Origin: Felis catus
Lineage: Eukaryota
NCBI RefSeq assembly: GCF_018350175.1
Contig: NC_058368.1
Location: 36,892,001 to 36,956,000, forward strand
Direction: 5' to 3'
Length of the DNA: 64,000 bases
The position numbers and the translations under genes were made by a program. Positions 10,660 through 21,860 of this stretch are shown here, in pieces; positions within the stretch are counted from its first letter, which is position 1; every line of letters starts with the position of its first letter. The notes under the pieces were generated by a model. That model had not been told where the DNA came from, did not search any database, and worked only from the letters and a program-made list of their open reading frames with translations.

Positions 10660-13600
10660 AGAAAGTTTTAATTTACTTTGTTCAGATCCATCAGAGGAAT
10701 AACTATAGCCTTATGAAATATATTTCTTAAATAATAAGACTGGAAGGTCAAAATGACTCACTGATCCCTGGGCTACAGAATAGATGTTTTGGTAGCAGGT
10801 GTGAAAATATTAGTCTCATTGTATATCTCCATTGGAATTTTTGGGTGACCAAGTACATTGTCAATGAGCCGTAATATTTCGACAGGATTTTTTTTTTTTC
10901 TGAGCAGTAGTTCTCAACAGTGAGCTTAAAATATTCAGTAAGCCATGTTGTAAACAGATGTGCTGTCATCCAGGCTTTGGTCCACTTAGAGAGCACAGGC
11001 AGAGTAGATTTGGTATAATTCTTAAGGGCCCTAGGAATTTTGGAATAGTAAATGACCACTGGCTTCAACTTAAATTTCTCTGCTACATTAGCCCCTAACA
11101 AGAGAGTAAATCTATCCTTTGAACTTTTGAAGCCACGTATTGATTTTCCTTCTCTGGCTATGAAAGCCCTAGATGGCATCTTCTTCCAAAAGCAGGCTAT
11201 TTCATCTATATCGAGAATCTGTTGTTTAGTATAGTCATCTTCATTCATGATCTTAGCCAGATCTTTTGGATAACTTGCTGCAACTTCTACATCATCACTC
11301 ACTGCTTCACCTTGCACTTTTATGTTCTGGAGATGGCTTCTTTCCTTAAGCCTCATGAGCCAGTTCTTCTAACTTCAAACTTTTCTTCTACAGCTTCCTT
11401 AACGTCTCTCAGCCTTTATAGAATTTAAGAGTTAGGGCCATGCTCTGGATTAGGCTTTGGTTTAAGGCTTGACCTTCTATCCAGACAGCTAACACCTTTC
11501 CCATATTAGCAATAGGCTGTTTTGCCCCGTTATCATTCATGTGTTCACTGGAGTAGCACTTTTACATTTCTTTCAAGAACTCTGCCTTTGTATTCACACT
11601 TTGGCTCACTGGCAGAAGAGGCCTAGTTTGTGGCCTGTCTCCACTTTTGACATACCTTTCTCGCTAAGCTTAATCTTTTTTAGCTTTTGATTTAAAGTGA
11701 GAGATGTGAGACTCTTCCTTTCACTTGAACACTTAGAGGCCATTGTAGGGTTATTAACTGTCCTAATTTCAATATTGCTGTGTTTCAGGGAATAGTTATA
11801 CCCGAGGAGAGGGAGAGAGATGGGGGACAGCTGGTCAGTGGAGCAGTCGGAACACACACAGCATTTATCAGTTAGGTAGCTGTCTTCCATGGGCACGGTT
11901 CATGGTGCCCCAAAACAATTATGAGATAACATCAAAGATCACTGGTCACAGATCATATGACAAATATAATAATATTGAAAAAGTTTGCAATATTATGAGA
12001 ATTACCAAAGTGTGACAGAGAGATATGAAGTGAGTGAATACTGTTGGGAAAATGCTGTCAATAGACTTGTTTCATGCAGGGTTGCCACAGACCTACAATT
12101 TGTAAAGAATGTAATACCTCTGACACACAATAAAAGTGAAACACAGTGAAATGATGTATGCCTATAGAAATCCTCTGTTAGTTAATGTAATTTGGGATAA
12201 ATAACCAGAGGCTATAGGAAAACATTTTAGAAAGATGAGCTCTTAGGGAAGACTTCTCTTTGGAGGACACCGAGAAATTTTAAAAAAGGCCATTCTTATC
12301 ATTTTACTTTTTCTTATTTTGTTAGAAATTGTTATATATTTAAATTAGTCATGCGCAGAGATAAAATACACACTTGATTATTTATTGCACCAGTGGTGGG
12401 CACATGAGATCTTGGTGAATTCTTGGATTTTAACAGTGGCAACAAAATGAAGCTTTGCTTGTTAGAAATATATTCATAGAGGGGTCATAATTTAATGGAA
12501 TTAAATTCATGCTTGTATCCAGTGGCAATTTATATTCATTTTTCCATTTCCTTTTTTTCTTTTTTTCTATAAAATAACTTTCTGTGAAAACGTTTCATTT
12601 GATATATACCAAGGTATTAACAAGTCCATTTTTTTTGTGCAACGTTTTAAACCCTGTTAACTAATGGCACCTCCTTCCTGTTGAGAGTAGGAAGAAAGTG
12701 AAATTACTTATTGTGTTGGAAGAAACTTAGTAGTAATTGGACTATTGGTGATTGAAAACTGCCTGATAAGAAATATGACTCCATTTCTAGACATGTTATA
12801 AAAATAGTTCTACTTGTTTGGTTGCTTTATATTTTTTTAACCTAGTTGTAGCACTAACCTCTCTACTTAATAATTTTTGTAGAATTTTAAAACTGGTTGT
12901 TTACTTCAAGCATCATATTTCATAGGTGAAAAATAAGAACAAGTTAAGGAACTGGCTCAGATAGACTAAGTGACTTATCTAAAGATACACAGAAATTTCA
13001 TGGATGATTTCAGTTGAGTTGACCCTTTATATAATATGACACAACAGAGGGCTGTATCACAGCAAAATACAGGAGGGTAAAAGAAGAATAATATTTTATG
13101 CTTTACATTTTAGATTCACTAAGAAGATCTCCTCAAGACAAAAAAGAAAAGTCATAAATAGCACAAGCTTTGGAAATAAACAGACCCAGGCTCTGGATTA
13201 TGTGGACTAGAATTTTGGTCTGTGGGTGTCATTATCTATTTTGCATGCTGGTAAAGTAATTTCTTCCTGAAGCTTTGGTAGAGCATTGTTTGAAAGCTTA
13301 GTTATTTATTCAACAAATCTATTTGAGCATCTAATGTTTGCAAGGCATTGCAGCAGAAACTGCAGGTAGAGTGTTCTGGATACGAGTGAGACACAAGCCC
13401 TACTTAGAACCACACCTTTTATGCTTTTTTTTTTTTCACATTTACATCTATATTTTAGTGGCTGTGCATACAGACATTAGTAAAAGAAATAATATAATTT
13501 GGGACCAGAAAATATATATGAGATAAAGAGAAATCAGAAAGCAGTATAAAATCTAGTAATAAGTTTTTAAATTATATAAAATGATGATTAAACAGGTTAA

Positions 13601-14630
13601 AACTGTACTGAGTGCTTTTATATTTGATCATGCAAAATTTGACATGTCTAAAACACAATGCCATGTTTTATCAGCATAATCCAGATGATGTTTATAGGAT
13701 GGAATCTAAGTAGGCAAGTAAAAGGAATCATTTGAAAATTAATGCATGTAGTGCCCAAGGAGATGTTTTTAGAAAAAGTAACTTTGTTGTGATTTGAAGT
13801 ATAAGGTTTCCATAGAAATAGTTTGAAGTGAATGTTATTGGATATAGTTTCAACATACCATGCTATTACAGGTGAAAATCACTTACTTATTTTAGAGCTT
13901 CTTACTTCATTAAAATATGTCATTATTAAAGTCCCTTGATACACACCTTCAGATATTGAAGGAAAAAATAGTCTTCAGCACACCTGGTTGTATATAATTG
14001 TCCTTGATTCTAATAGCAAAATTAGCAGAATTGCTCTTTAGTTAAAGACATTCATATTATAGTCACTGATCTCTTTGCTATTAATAGTTTTAAGCAGTTA
14101 TATAGCACTTTTATGGTGGCCTACTTACAAATATATTTAAAAATTGCATGTTTTTTACAATATGAAATAGGAGAGACTTGACACTCACCTCCTTTTTCCC
14201 TATGTCCCAGCATCATTATGTGCCATGCAAAGCTCCTTTCCTCTATAAAGCTGTAGCAAGCTCTGGGGCAAACCTCCTTTTGTTTGGCCAAAGTAAATGT
14301 ATAAGGGCATGCTGGGAATAATATTCTCATATAAAGACTCTCATATATTTTTACTTCCTCTGGGAAAATTTTTTTTACTTCTGGTCAGGGTCACGCCTTA
14401 CAATGCTGTCTAGTTTTCTCATCTCTCTTTTACCTCTTGAGTTGAATTCATGATAGTGTGAGGTAGAGGTGGGCCAAAAGCAGGACAGGTAATTAGTTGG
14501 AAGATGAATCAGATGCCAGCCAGAGTAACTCTTTATAAAGTAGGGTTGAGGAGCAGGGAGCATCTGGTGTCAACTCTTGATTTGTCTTTAGGAACCTAAT
14601 AGCAGTATGTTCCCGAGGCACTCAATCTTT

Positions 14631-15348
14631 CTTCAGTTGGTATATAATTGATATATAACATTGTGTAGGTTTAAAATGTATAATGAAGTGATTTTATATG
14701 TGTATATTTTACAAAATGATTAACAAAATAAGGTTAACTAATATATCCATCACCTCAGGTAATTATATTTTTGTGTGTGTGGTGGGAACTCTTAAAATCT
14801 GCTCTCTTACCAACTTTCAGATATACAATACAGTATTATTAACTGTAGTCACCGTGCTGTACATTATGCCCCCAAGACTTATTCATCTTACAACTGGAAG
14901 TTTGTACCATTTGACCATCTTCATCCATTTCCCCCATGCCTTGTTCCCACCCTTGGCAACCACCAGTCTTTTCTGTTTCTTTGAGTTTGGTTTTTTAAAC
15001 ATTTCATGTAGAAGTGATATCATACAGTATTTGTGTTTCTCTTTGTGACTTGTTTCACTTAGCATAATACCATCAAGTTCCATCCATGTTGTCCCAAATG
15101 GCAGAATGGCAAAAGTTCCTTCTTTTTCCTGGCTGAATAATATTTCATTATATATCATCTATATCTATCTATCTATATCTATCTGTCTATATCTATATCT
15201 ATATCATCTATATTCTCTTTCACATCTTCTTCACCCATTCATCTATTAATGGACACTTAGATTGTTTCCATATCTTAGCCATTGTGAATAATGCTGCAGT
15301 GAATATGGGATTTTATTTCCTTTGGATATATACTGAGAAGTGGGATTG
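14631..15348 (-). mobile_element. L1 3' end (non-inverted part of a 5'-inverted L1)
   Basis: Antisense L1 3' UTR and ORF2 C-terminus (ORF ...PFGTTWMELDGIMLSETSHKEK...); contains an (atct/atctat)n microsatellite at about 15152-15212. Confidence 0.9.
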
Positions 15349-16545
15349 ATGTTAAAATGTCCAAAATACCCAAAGCCATCTATAGATTCACTGCAGTTGC
15401 TGTAAAAATTCCAATGACATTTCTCATAGAAATATATATAAAAAGTTCTAAAATCTGTATGGAACCACCAAAGACCCCAAATAGCCAAAGCAGTCTTGAG
15501 AAAGAACAAAGCCGGAGGCATCACACATCCTTATTTCAAATAATACTACAAAGATATGCCATCAAACAAACCTCCACATTTATGGTCAACTGATATGTGA
15601 CAAAGGAGCCAACAATACTCAATGGGGAAAGGATAGTGCTGGAAAACTGGATAATCCATCTTACATTACTCACAGAAATGAACTCAAAGTATATTAAAGA
15701 CTTAAAAAGAAGACTTAAAACCATAAGACACATAGAAGAAAACAAAGGAGAAAAACACCTTGATAATCATTTTGGCAATGAATTTTTGGTTATAACACCA
15801 AAAACATAAGTAACAAAACCAAAAATTAGTAAGTGGGACTAGTTATTATCAAAGTAAAAAGCTTTTGCACAGCAAAAGTAACCATCAAAAAAATGAAAAG
15901 GCAACCTATAGAATGGGAAAAAAATAATTGCACGTCATTTATCTGATGAGGGGCTAATGTACAAAATAATGTACCAAATGATTTTAAAAACTCACATAAC
16001 TCAGTAGCAAACAACAACAGCAACAACTTCCCAAACCCAAACAGTTTGATTAAGAAATGAGCCAAGGAGCTGAATAGATGTTTTTCAAAAAAAGACATAT
16101 AAATGGTCCACAGATACATGAAAAGGCACTCATCGTCACTAATCATCAGGAAAATGCAAATCAAAACTACTATGACATATCACTTCATACTGTTAGAATG
16201 GCTGTCATCAAAAAGACATATGTTGGCAAAGATTTGGAGAAAAGGGCACCCTTGTGCCCTGTTGGTGAGTATTTAAATTGGTTCAACCACTGGGGTGCCT
16301 GGGTGACTCAGTTGGTTAAGCGTACAACTTCAGCTCAGGTCATGATCTCATGGCTCATGAGTTCGAGCCCTGTATCGGGCTCTGTGCAAACAGTTCAGAG
16401 CCTGAAGCCTGCTTTGGATTCTGTGTTTGTCTCTGTCTACCCCTCCCCTTCTCATGCTGTCTCTCTCTCTGTCTCAAAAATAAATAAACATTAAAAAATA
16501 AATAGGTACAACCACCATGGAAAATCTTATGGGGTTCTTCAATTT
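15349..16545 (+). mobile_element. L1 ORF2 segment (inverted part of the same L1)
   Basis: MSKIPKAIYRF.A...KIPMTF and aaaagcttttgcacagcaaaag, gaaaatgcaaatcaaaac are L1 ORF2 motifs. Confidence 0.9.
16292..16500 (+). mobile_element. Can-SINE nested in L1
   Basis: ggggtgcctgggtgactcagttgg head; degenerate TSD aat[t/a]ggt[t/a]caaccac. Confidence 0.94.
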
Positions 16546-16636
16546 TTTTCAAAAGCACTCGGTTTTAATTGCTGTAGAAAAAAAATAATTTATCAATGTC
16601 ATTTTATCCTTTAAAAATTTTGAGTTTTAACTTGAA

Positions 16637-16782
16637 TAAGTTAAATAAATTCTTTTTTGTATCAGTTTATTTATTTATGTATTGATTTATTTATGTAATC
16701 TCTACACCCTACATGGGACTCGAACTCACAACTCCAAGATCAAAAGTCACATGGTCTTCCAGCTGAGCCAGCCAGGAACCCC
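16637..16782 (-). mobile_element. Short older tRNA-Lys-like carnivore SINE lacking the CT tract
   Basis: ctcgaactcacaactccaagatcaaaagtcac...ctgagccagccaggaacccc; TSD ttaacttgaa at 16627-16636 and 16783-16792. Confidence 0.85.
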
Positions 16783-19244
16783 TTAACTTGAAGGGTTCTT
16801 ATCAAGTGATTTCATTCACAGTTTAAGTTAAAATTATCTTGACAACTGGGTATAGAGCAATGAACTCCATTAACTGGAAAATAACCAAAAAAATCAAGAG
16901 AGCCAACCATCATTGCTGTTATTTCAACTAACTTATTGGCTTTTGACAGTTCAGTTCACCCACCAGACTTGAGTTCTAATGATCCATTTGGCTATTAGCT
17001 AGGTTTATTAACATAAAAAAGTCATTCAGCTTCTTTTGGCCTCAGTTTCCTCTTCTATTCAATGATAATTTTGTATTTTAGTTCCAAAGTTCTTTAAAAT
17101 AACCTCAAGATCTCCGATTATATGGATGCATTTCCTCCTTGCAAGTTCCTAAGAATACTCTCCCACTAGCCTAGAGAAGTAAGAGACTGTTTCTGGGTTA
17201 GTAGCACTGGAATCTTCAGTGAATATTTTTAAAAGGCAGAATTCTGGAGATTCTTAACCAGTAGGTGTAGACTAGGACAATTTTAAATAGCCCCGTATAT
17301 TAGGAGCTATTTTAAAATAGCTTGCCAGGTGAGTGTGAGACATAGCCATATTTGGGAAGCAGCTGAATTGTTATAAATCACGTGCCATGTATTTGGCAAG
17401 CCCAGGTGATGTCCCAGCAGTCTGTCTTTACTAATAATGCTGGAAGGAATGCTCTGGAGAGTTATGTGAAATCAGTTCAACTTATCCTACAGCCTAGGAT
17501 AAATTCACATTATATCATTTTTAAACATTAAAGTATATTCCCCACATGACTGAACTGGTTTAAATATCAATCCAGGCTTGAAAATGGAATCAATTATATG
17601 ACCCTAGCTTGAAGGATGGAGACATAGAATGGTAGCTGGTAATTTAACATCTGAGGAGACTGAATGGGTTAGAGCTGATTTAAAATCAGTAAAGGCAGCA
17701 GGAACAGATGGTTTCAGCATCACATTTTATGTGTTTTTAAAGGGGAAAAAATGTGCTATATCTACACGAGACATTTTTATTCTCTTGAAAAATGCAGAGT
17801 ACTTCTTACAATAATGACACATTCTAGAACAGTATAGACATGGTAATCCTGAAGAAATGAAATTATTTATCTGTGGGACAAATACAGGTCCAGCAGCCAC
17901 AGACTTTCCCAGAGGCCTCATTAATGCCCTTCAAAACAAACACACAGGAGGGAAAGGGCATTTCACTTTGGTGACAATTTAAATCAAACTTTGTTTCTAC
18001 AATGGTCAGCAAGAACGAGTGAGCATTTTTGTATGTGTGTTTGGTGAGTGTCTTCTGAGGGTTTACTTGGAAGTGCATGGATCTCCCCTTATGGGGTCAC
18101 TGCCCTCACTGATGGTAAACTGGAAGGGCCTGACCTGCTTTTAGAGGGTCCTGGCTCTCCTTGAGGTTTCCCCAAATACCAAACCTCATTTCCTTGTCTA
18201 CAATTTGTATTGTATTTTATTATGTCACTTCATTTCCAAAGAATGAATCCTTATATTTATGAGCAGTGTCAAAAATGAAGCTTTTTATTATTTTATAGTT
18301 TGTATTAAGAGGATTCATTTGGCAGTATTCAAATCTTAAGCCAAATTAGTGCAATTTATTTCAATGCACCAATTTCATGGTTCGTTAATTCATTGTTATT
18401 ATTGCTAACTTTCACTCTAATTTTGCCTGAAACTGAACAGTAAGTAATATCTGATAAAAAATTGCATAGTAACTAAAACTTCATAGCATGAAAGTAGAAA
18501 TGTATATACTTAGACAAAATGAACAAATAATGAGTTTATAAAGTAAGGAAGGTTTTTAATTAGAACAAAATCAAACACTTCTGTAAATGAAAAGGTAATT
18601 TAAATGTCAGCATTGAGCCGGTTGCTTATGGTAGAAAATTGTCTTGTGATGGCAGTTTAAGCACAGAGCCTGGGAAAAGAATTTTAAATCTGCTTCTTTG
18701 TAATATTAACTTATCTTTAAAGGAGGTGTTATTTACATTAAAATTTTTTTTGGACTACTTCAACTGCAGCTATTAGGAACTAAAATGTCCATCACTGTTA
18801 GTTACAGCTATGTATCTTTCCACAGTTGATAGTTTGCAACTATATATGTAATTTTTTTTATGATTGGCATTATTTACTCTGCCTCAACTTTTCTGTGAGT
18901 AGATAGATTTGCTTTCCAAAAGCTTCTTGTGTTATGATAAATTGACAAAGAGAAGAAAAAAAAGAATGAAAAAGAAAACCCTCTTATGTAAAATAGAATT
19001 TTCCAACATGAATTTAATTATGAAAATAACTTGAAAAATACTACTGATAAGGAATTTAAAAGATCCAAGTTATTACTAGAAAATTATATTTCAAATGTTT
19101 GCTTTGAAAAGCATTTCACATTTCAGCGATACTCTTTAAAACGTTCATATTAAATGCTCCTGTATAGCCCTTATTTTCTCCTGTTTGAATTCAAACTTCT
19201 TTTAACATCATTCACTCTCTCTTCAACTCTTTATCTCTCTTTAT

Positions 19245-19920
19245 TTAAATCACCACTGGCCCCTTAATTGAAGAGTCAAACGGATGCTTTGGGTTCTTGT
19301 ATTATGTGGCTTGTCCCAGTATTCCGTGATGCCAACCAAGCCTTTGTTCTTAGAAGTTTGTCCTCTCTTAACTTCCGTGACATTTCTTCAGTGACTTCAT
19401 ACTTCTCTGAATGAACCTCTTCAGTTTCATTTGTTTTCTTCTTTCTGTTCATTCCCAAGAACTGACATCTCCTAAGTCTAACTTTCATTTCTCACATCAT
19501 TTCATTTCTCTCATTTCGTTTCTCCTGGGCAATCTTATCTGCCTCAATGGCTTCAAATGTAGCCTGTAAGTAGAAAATCCCTAAGTTGGTATCATGGGCT
19601 CAAGAGCACCTATTGTTCCAGATTGTATACTGGAACATTCCATATGGAAATATCAATTTACCTCATCCTTCACATGCCTGAAACTAAAATTGTTTCCTTG
19701 TCATAAATCTGCTTTTCCTATTTATTTCTTATCTTAGCCAATGGAACCATTGTTTTCTTCGGCCACTCCCCAGTTGTCCCCATCTTACCATGACATTGGT
19801 ATCCACCAGGTTACTGGAGCCAAAAATCAAGGCATCGTCCTTCTTTTCTTTCTTCAGTTTAGTTCATCACTAAGACTACCTTGAGAAAATAATCTACATA
19901 TTTCCACTTCTCTCTCTTTT
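19245..19920 (+). mobile_element. L2 LINE remnant
   Basis: Pyrimidine-rich L2 ORF2-like text (tcaccactggcccctt...caatcttatctgcctcaatggcttcaaa); the matching L2 3' end (aaatatatgttgaatgaat) lies at about 21500-21612. Confidence 0.6.
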
Positions 19921-20000
19921 CATAATCCTGTGGGATTTAATGTCTAGTGTTTAGAAACAACACTACTCAGTGCTACTGAGACTGAAAATATTGGGTTAAA

Positions 20001-20212
20001 GGGGCACCGGGATGGCTCAGTTGATTAAATATCCAAATCTTGATTTTGGCTCAACCTATGATCTCATGGTTAGTGGGGTTTAGCCCTGCATTGAGCTCTA
20101 TGCTGATAATGCAAAGCCTGCTTGGGATTCTGTGTCTCCCTCTCTCTCTGCCCTCCCACATTTGCTCACATGCTCTCTCTTTCCCTCTCAAAATAAATAA
20201 AAAAAACTTAAA
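20001..20212 (+). mobile_element. Can-SINE
   Basis: TSD aaaatattgggtta at 19985-19998 and 20213-20226. Confidence 0.95.
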
Positions 20213-20270
20213 AAAATATTGGGTTAGATATGGAGCAAAAGGGATCATCTTTAAGATTTTACCAAATTTT

Positions 20271-20304
20271 ATTTTATTTTATTAAAATGTTTTAATGTTT
20301 ATTT

Positions 20305-20356
<52 letters not shown>

Positions 20357-20523
20357 GAGTGTGAGCAGAGGAGGGCAAGAGAGAGGGAGACACAGAATCT
20401 GAAGTAGGCTCCAGGCTCTGAGCTGTCAGCTCAGAGCCAACATGGGGCTCAAACCCATGAACTATGAGATCATGACATGAGCTGAAGTCAGATGTTCAAC
20501 TGACTGAGCCACCCAGGTGCTCC
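20271..20523 (-). mobile_element. Can-SINE with expanded (GA)n
   Basis: Antisense head ccacccaggtgctcc; (ga)n at about 20309-20352. Confidence 0.95.
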
Positions 20524-20541
20524 AAGGTTTCCCCAAATTTT

Positions 20542-20866
20542 AAATGCAAATCAAAACCACAATGAGATATCACCTCACACCTGTCATAATGGCTAAAATA
20601 AAAAAAATCAAGAAACAGCAAGTGTTAGTGAAGATGTGTAGAAAAAGGAACCCTTGTGCACTGCTGGTGGGAATACAAGCTTGTGCAGCCACTGTTGAAA
20701 AGCCCTACAATTCAGTAATTGCACTACTGGGTATTTACCCAAAGAATATGAAAACATTAATTCTAAGGGATACATACACCCCTATGTTCATTGCAGCATT
20801 ATTTACAATAACCAAACTCTGGAAGTAGCCCAAGTATTCATCAATAGAGGAATAAAGAAGTTATGA

Positions 20867-20919
<53 letters not shown>

Positions 20920-21312
20920 GAATATTATCCAGCCATAATAAAGGATGAAATCTTGTCATTTGCACCCACATAGATGGATCTAGAGAGTATAATGCTACAC
21001 GAAAAAAGCCAGTCAGAGAAAGACAAATACAATATGATTTCACTCATATGTAAAACTTAAGAAACAAAACAAAGGGAAAGAAAAAGAGACAAACTGAAAA
21101 ACAGACCATTAACTATACAGAACAGATGGTTACCAGAGGGGAGGTGGGTAGGGAGGTGGATGAAATAGCTGATGAGGATTAGAAGTACCCTTGTCCTGAT
21201 GAGCACTGACTGATATATGGATCTGCTGGATCACTGCATTGTACACCTGAAACTAATAGAGTGTTGTATATTAATCACACTGGAATTAAAATAAAAAAAT
21301 AAATTAAAAAAA
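20542..21312 (+). mobile_element. 5'-truncated carnivore L1 (ORF2 end, 3' UTR, A tail)
   Basis: MQIKTTMRYHLTPV.MAKIKK...TPMFIAALFTI.K.WK; (ca)n at about 20868-20916; aataaa and A tail; TSD aaggttt(t)ccccaa[a/g]tttt. Confidence 0.94.
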
Positions 21313-21754
21313 AAGGTTTTCCCCAAGTTTTGACTTTGGCACAAAAAATTTTGAATTTAGTTCTCTTTCTCACATCTCCCTCTCATTTCCAAAGGAGGGA
21401 ATTGAGAGACAGACAGAGAGGGGGGTGGGGCGGGGGGGGGGAGAGAAAAAGAGAGGCTGTAAGTATACATTCATAGATAATATTCGTAAATCATAGGTAA
21501 TACTATCTCAACTCCTCCGCAAGAGCAGAAACTAGTGTTCAGCATGGCATTTCTAGCATCTTAAACAATGCCTGTGTATATCGATACTTGATAAATATAT
21601 GTTGAATGAATAAAAAAGAATATATAAAATCTTCTATGTTCCTTTCCCTGGGCTTGTTTGCTGCTCTTAATGCACTCATTACATGTCTTTTGTATCATTA
21701 TCAAAATATTTTTCTTTCTCTATGACCATACTTTTATGTTCATGTCTTACCAAC

Positions 21755-21860
21755 TGTCATGATTGAATGTGTTTCCTGTAAACTGATACTGAAGCTCTAA
21801 CCCACAATGTGATGGCATCAGGAGGTGGGGCCTTTGAGAAGTAATTTGGTTTGGATGAAA
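21755..21860 (+). mobile_element. MaLR LTR fragment (MLT1A/B-like 5' part)
   Basis: tgtcatgattgaatgtgt...gaagctctaacccacaatgtgatggcatcaggaggtggggcctttgagaagtaatt. Confidence 0.65.

Larger units (their letters stand above)
9360..12164 (-). mobile_element. Full-length Tigger1 (Tc1/mariner-pogo) DNA transposon with degenerate transposase, interrupted by two Can-SINEs
   Basis: TA|caggcatacc at 9358-9369 and gtatgccta|TA at about 12156-12166 (terminal inverted repeats with TA TSD). Minus-strand ORF pieces MASKCSSERKS.TSLTLNQKL (ATG at 11743), [28 protein letters not shown]...[11 protein letters not shown] and MEEQRKWFLKMEATPGEDD are Tigger1/TIGD1-like; frameshifted. Confidence 0.96.

Noticed and set aside
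10748..11356. Possible TIGD1 gene
   Set aside because: The element has intact transposon ends, frameshifts and SINE interruptions, so it is a Tigger1 fossil and not the intact domesticated gene.
17283..17321. 16-bp perfect palindrome gctattttaaaatagc with an overlapping hairpin
   Set aside because: AT-rich and embedded in a probable MER5-like MITE remnant; expected by chance or local duplication.
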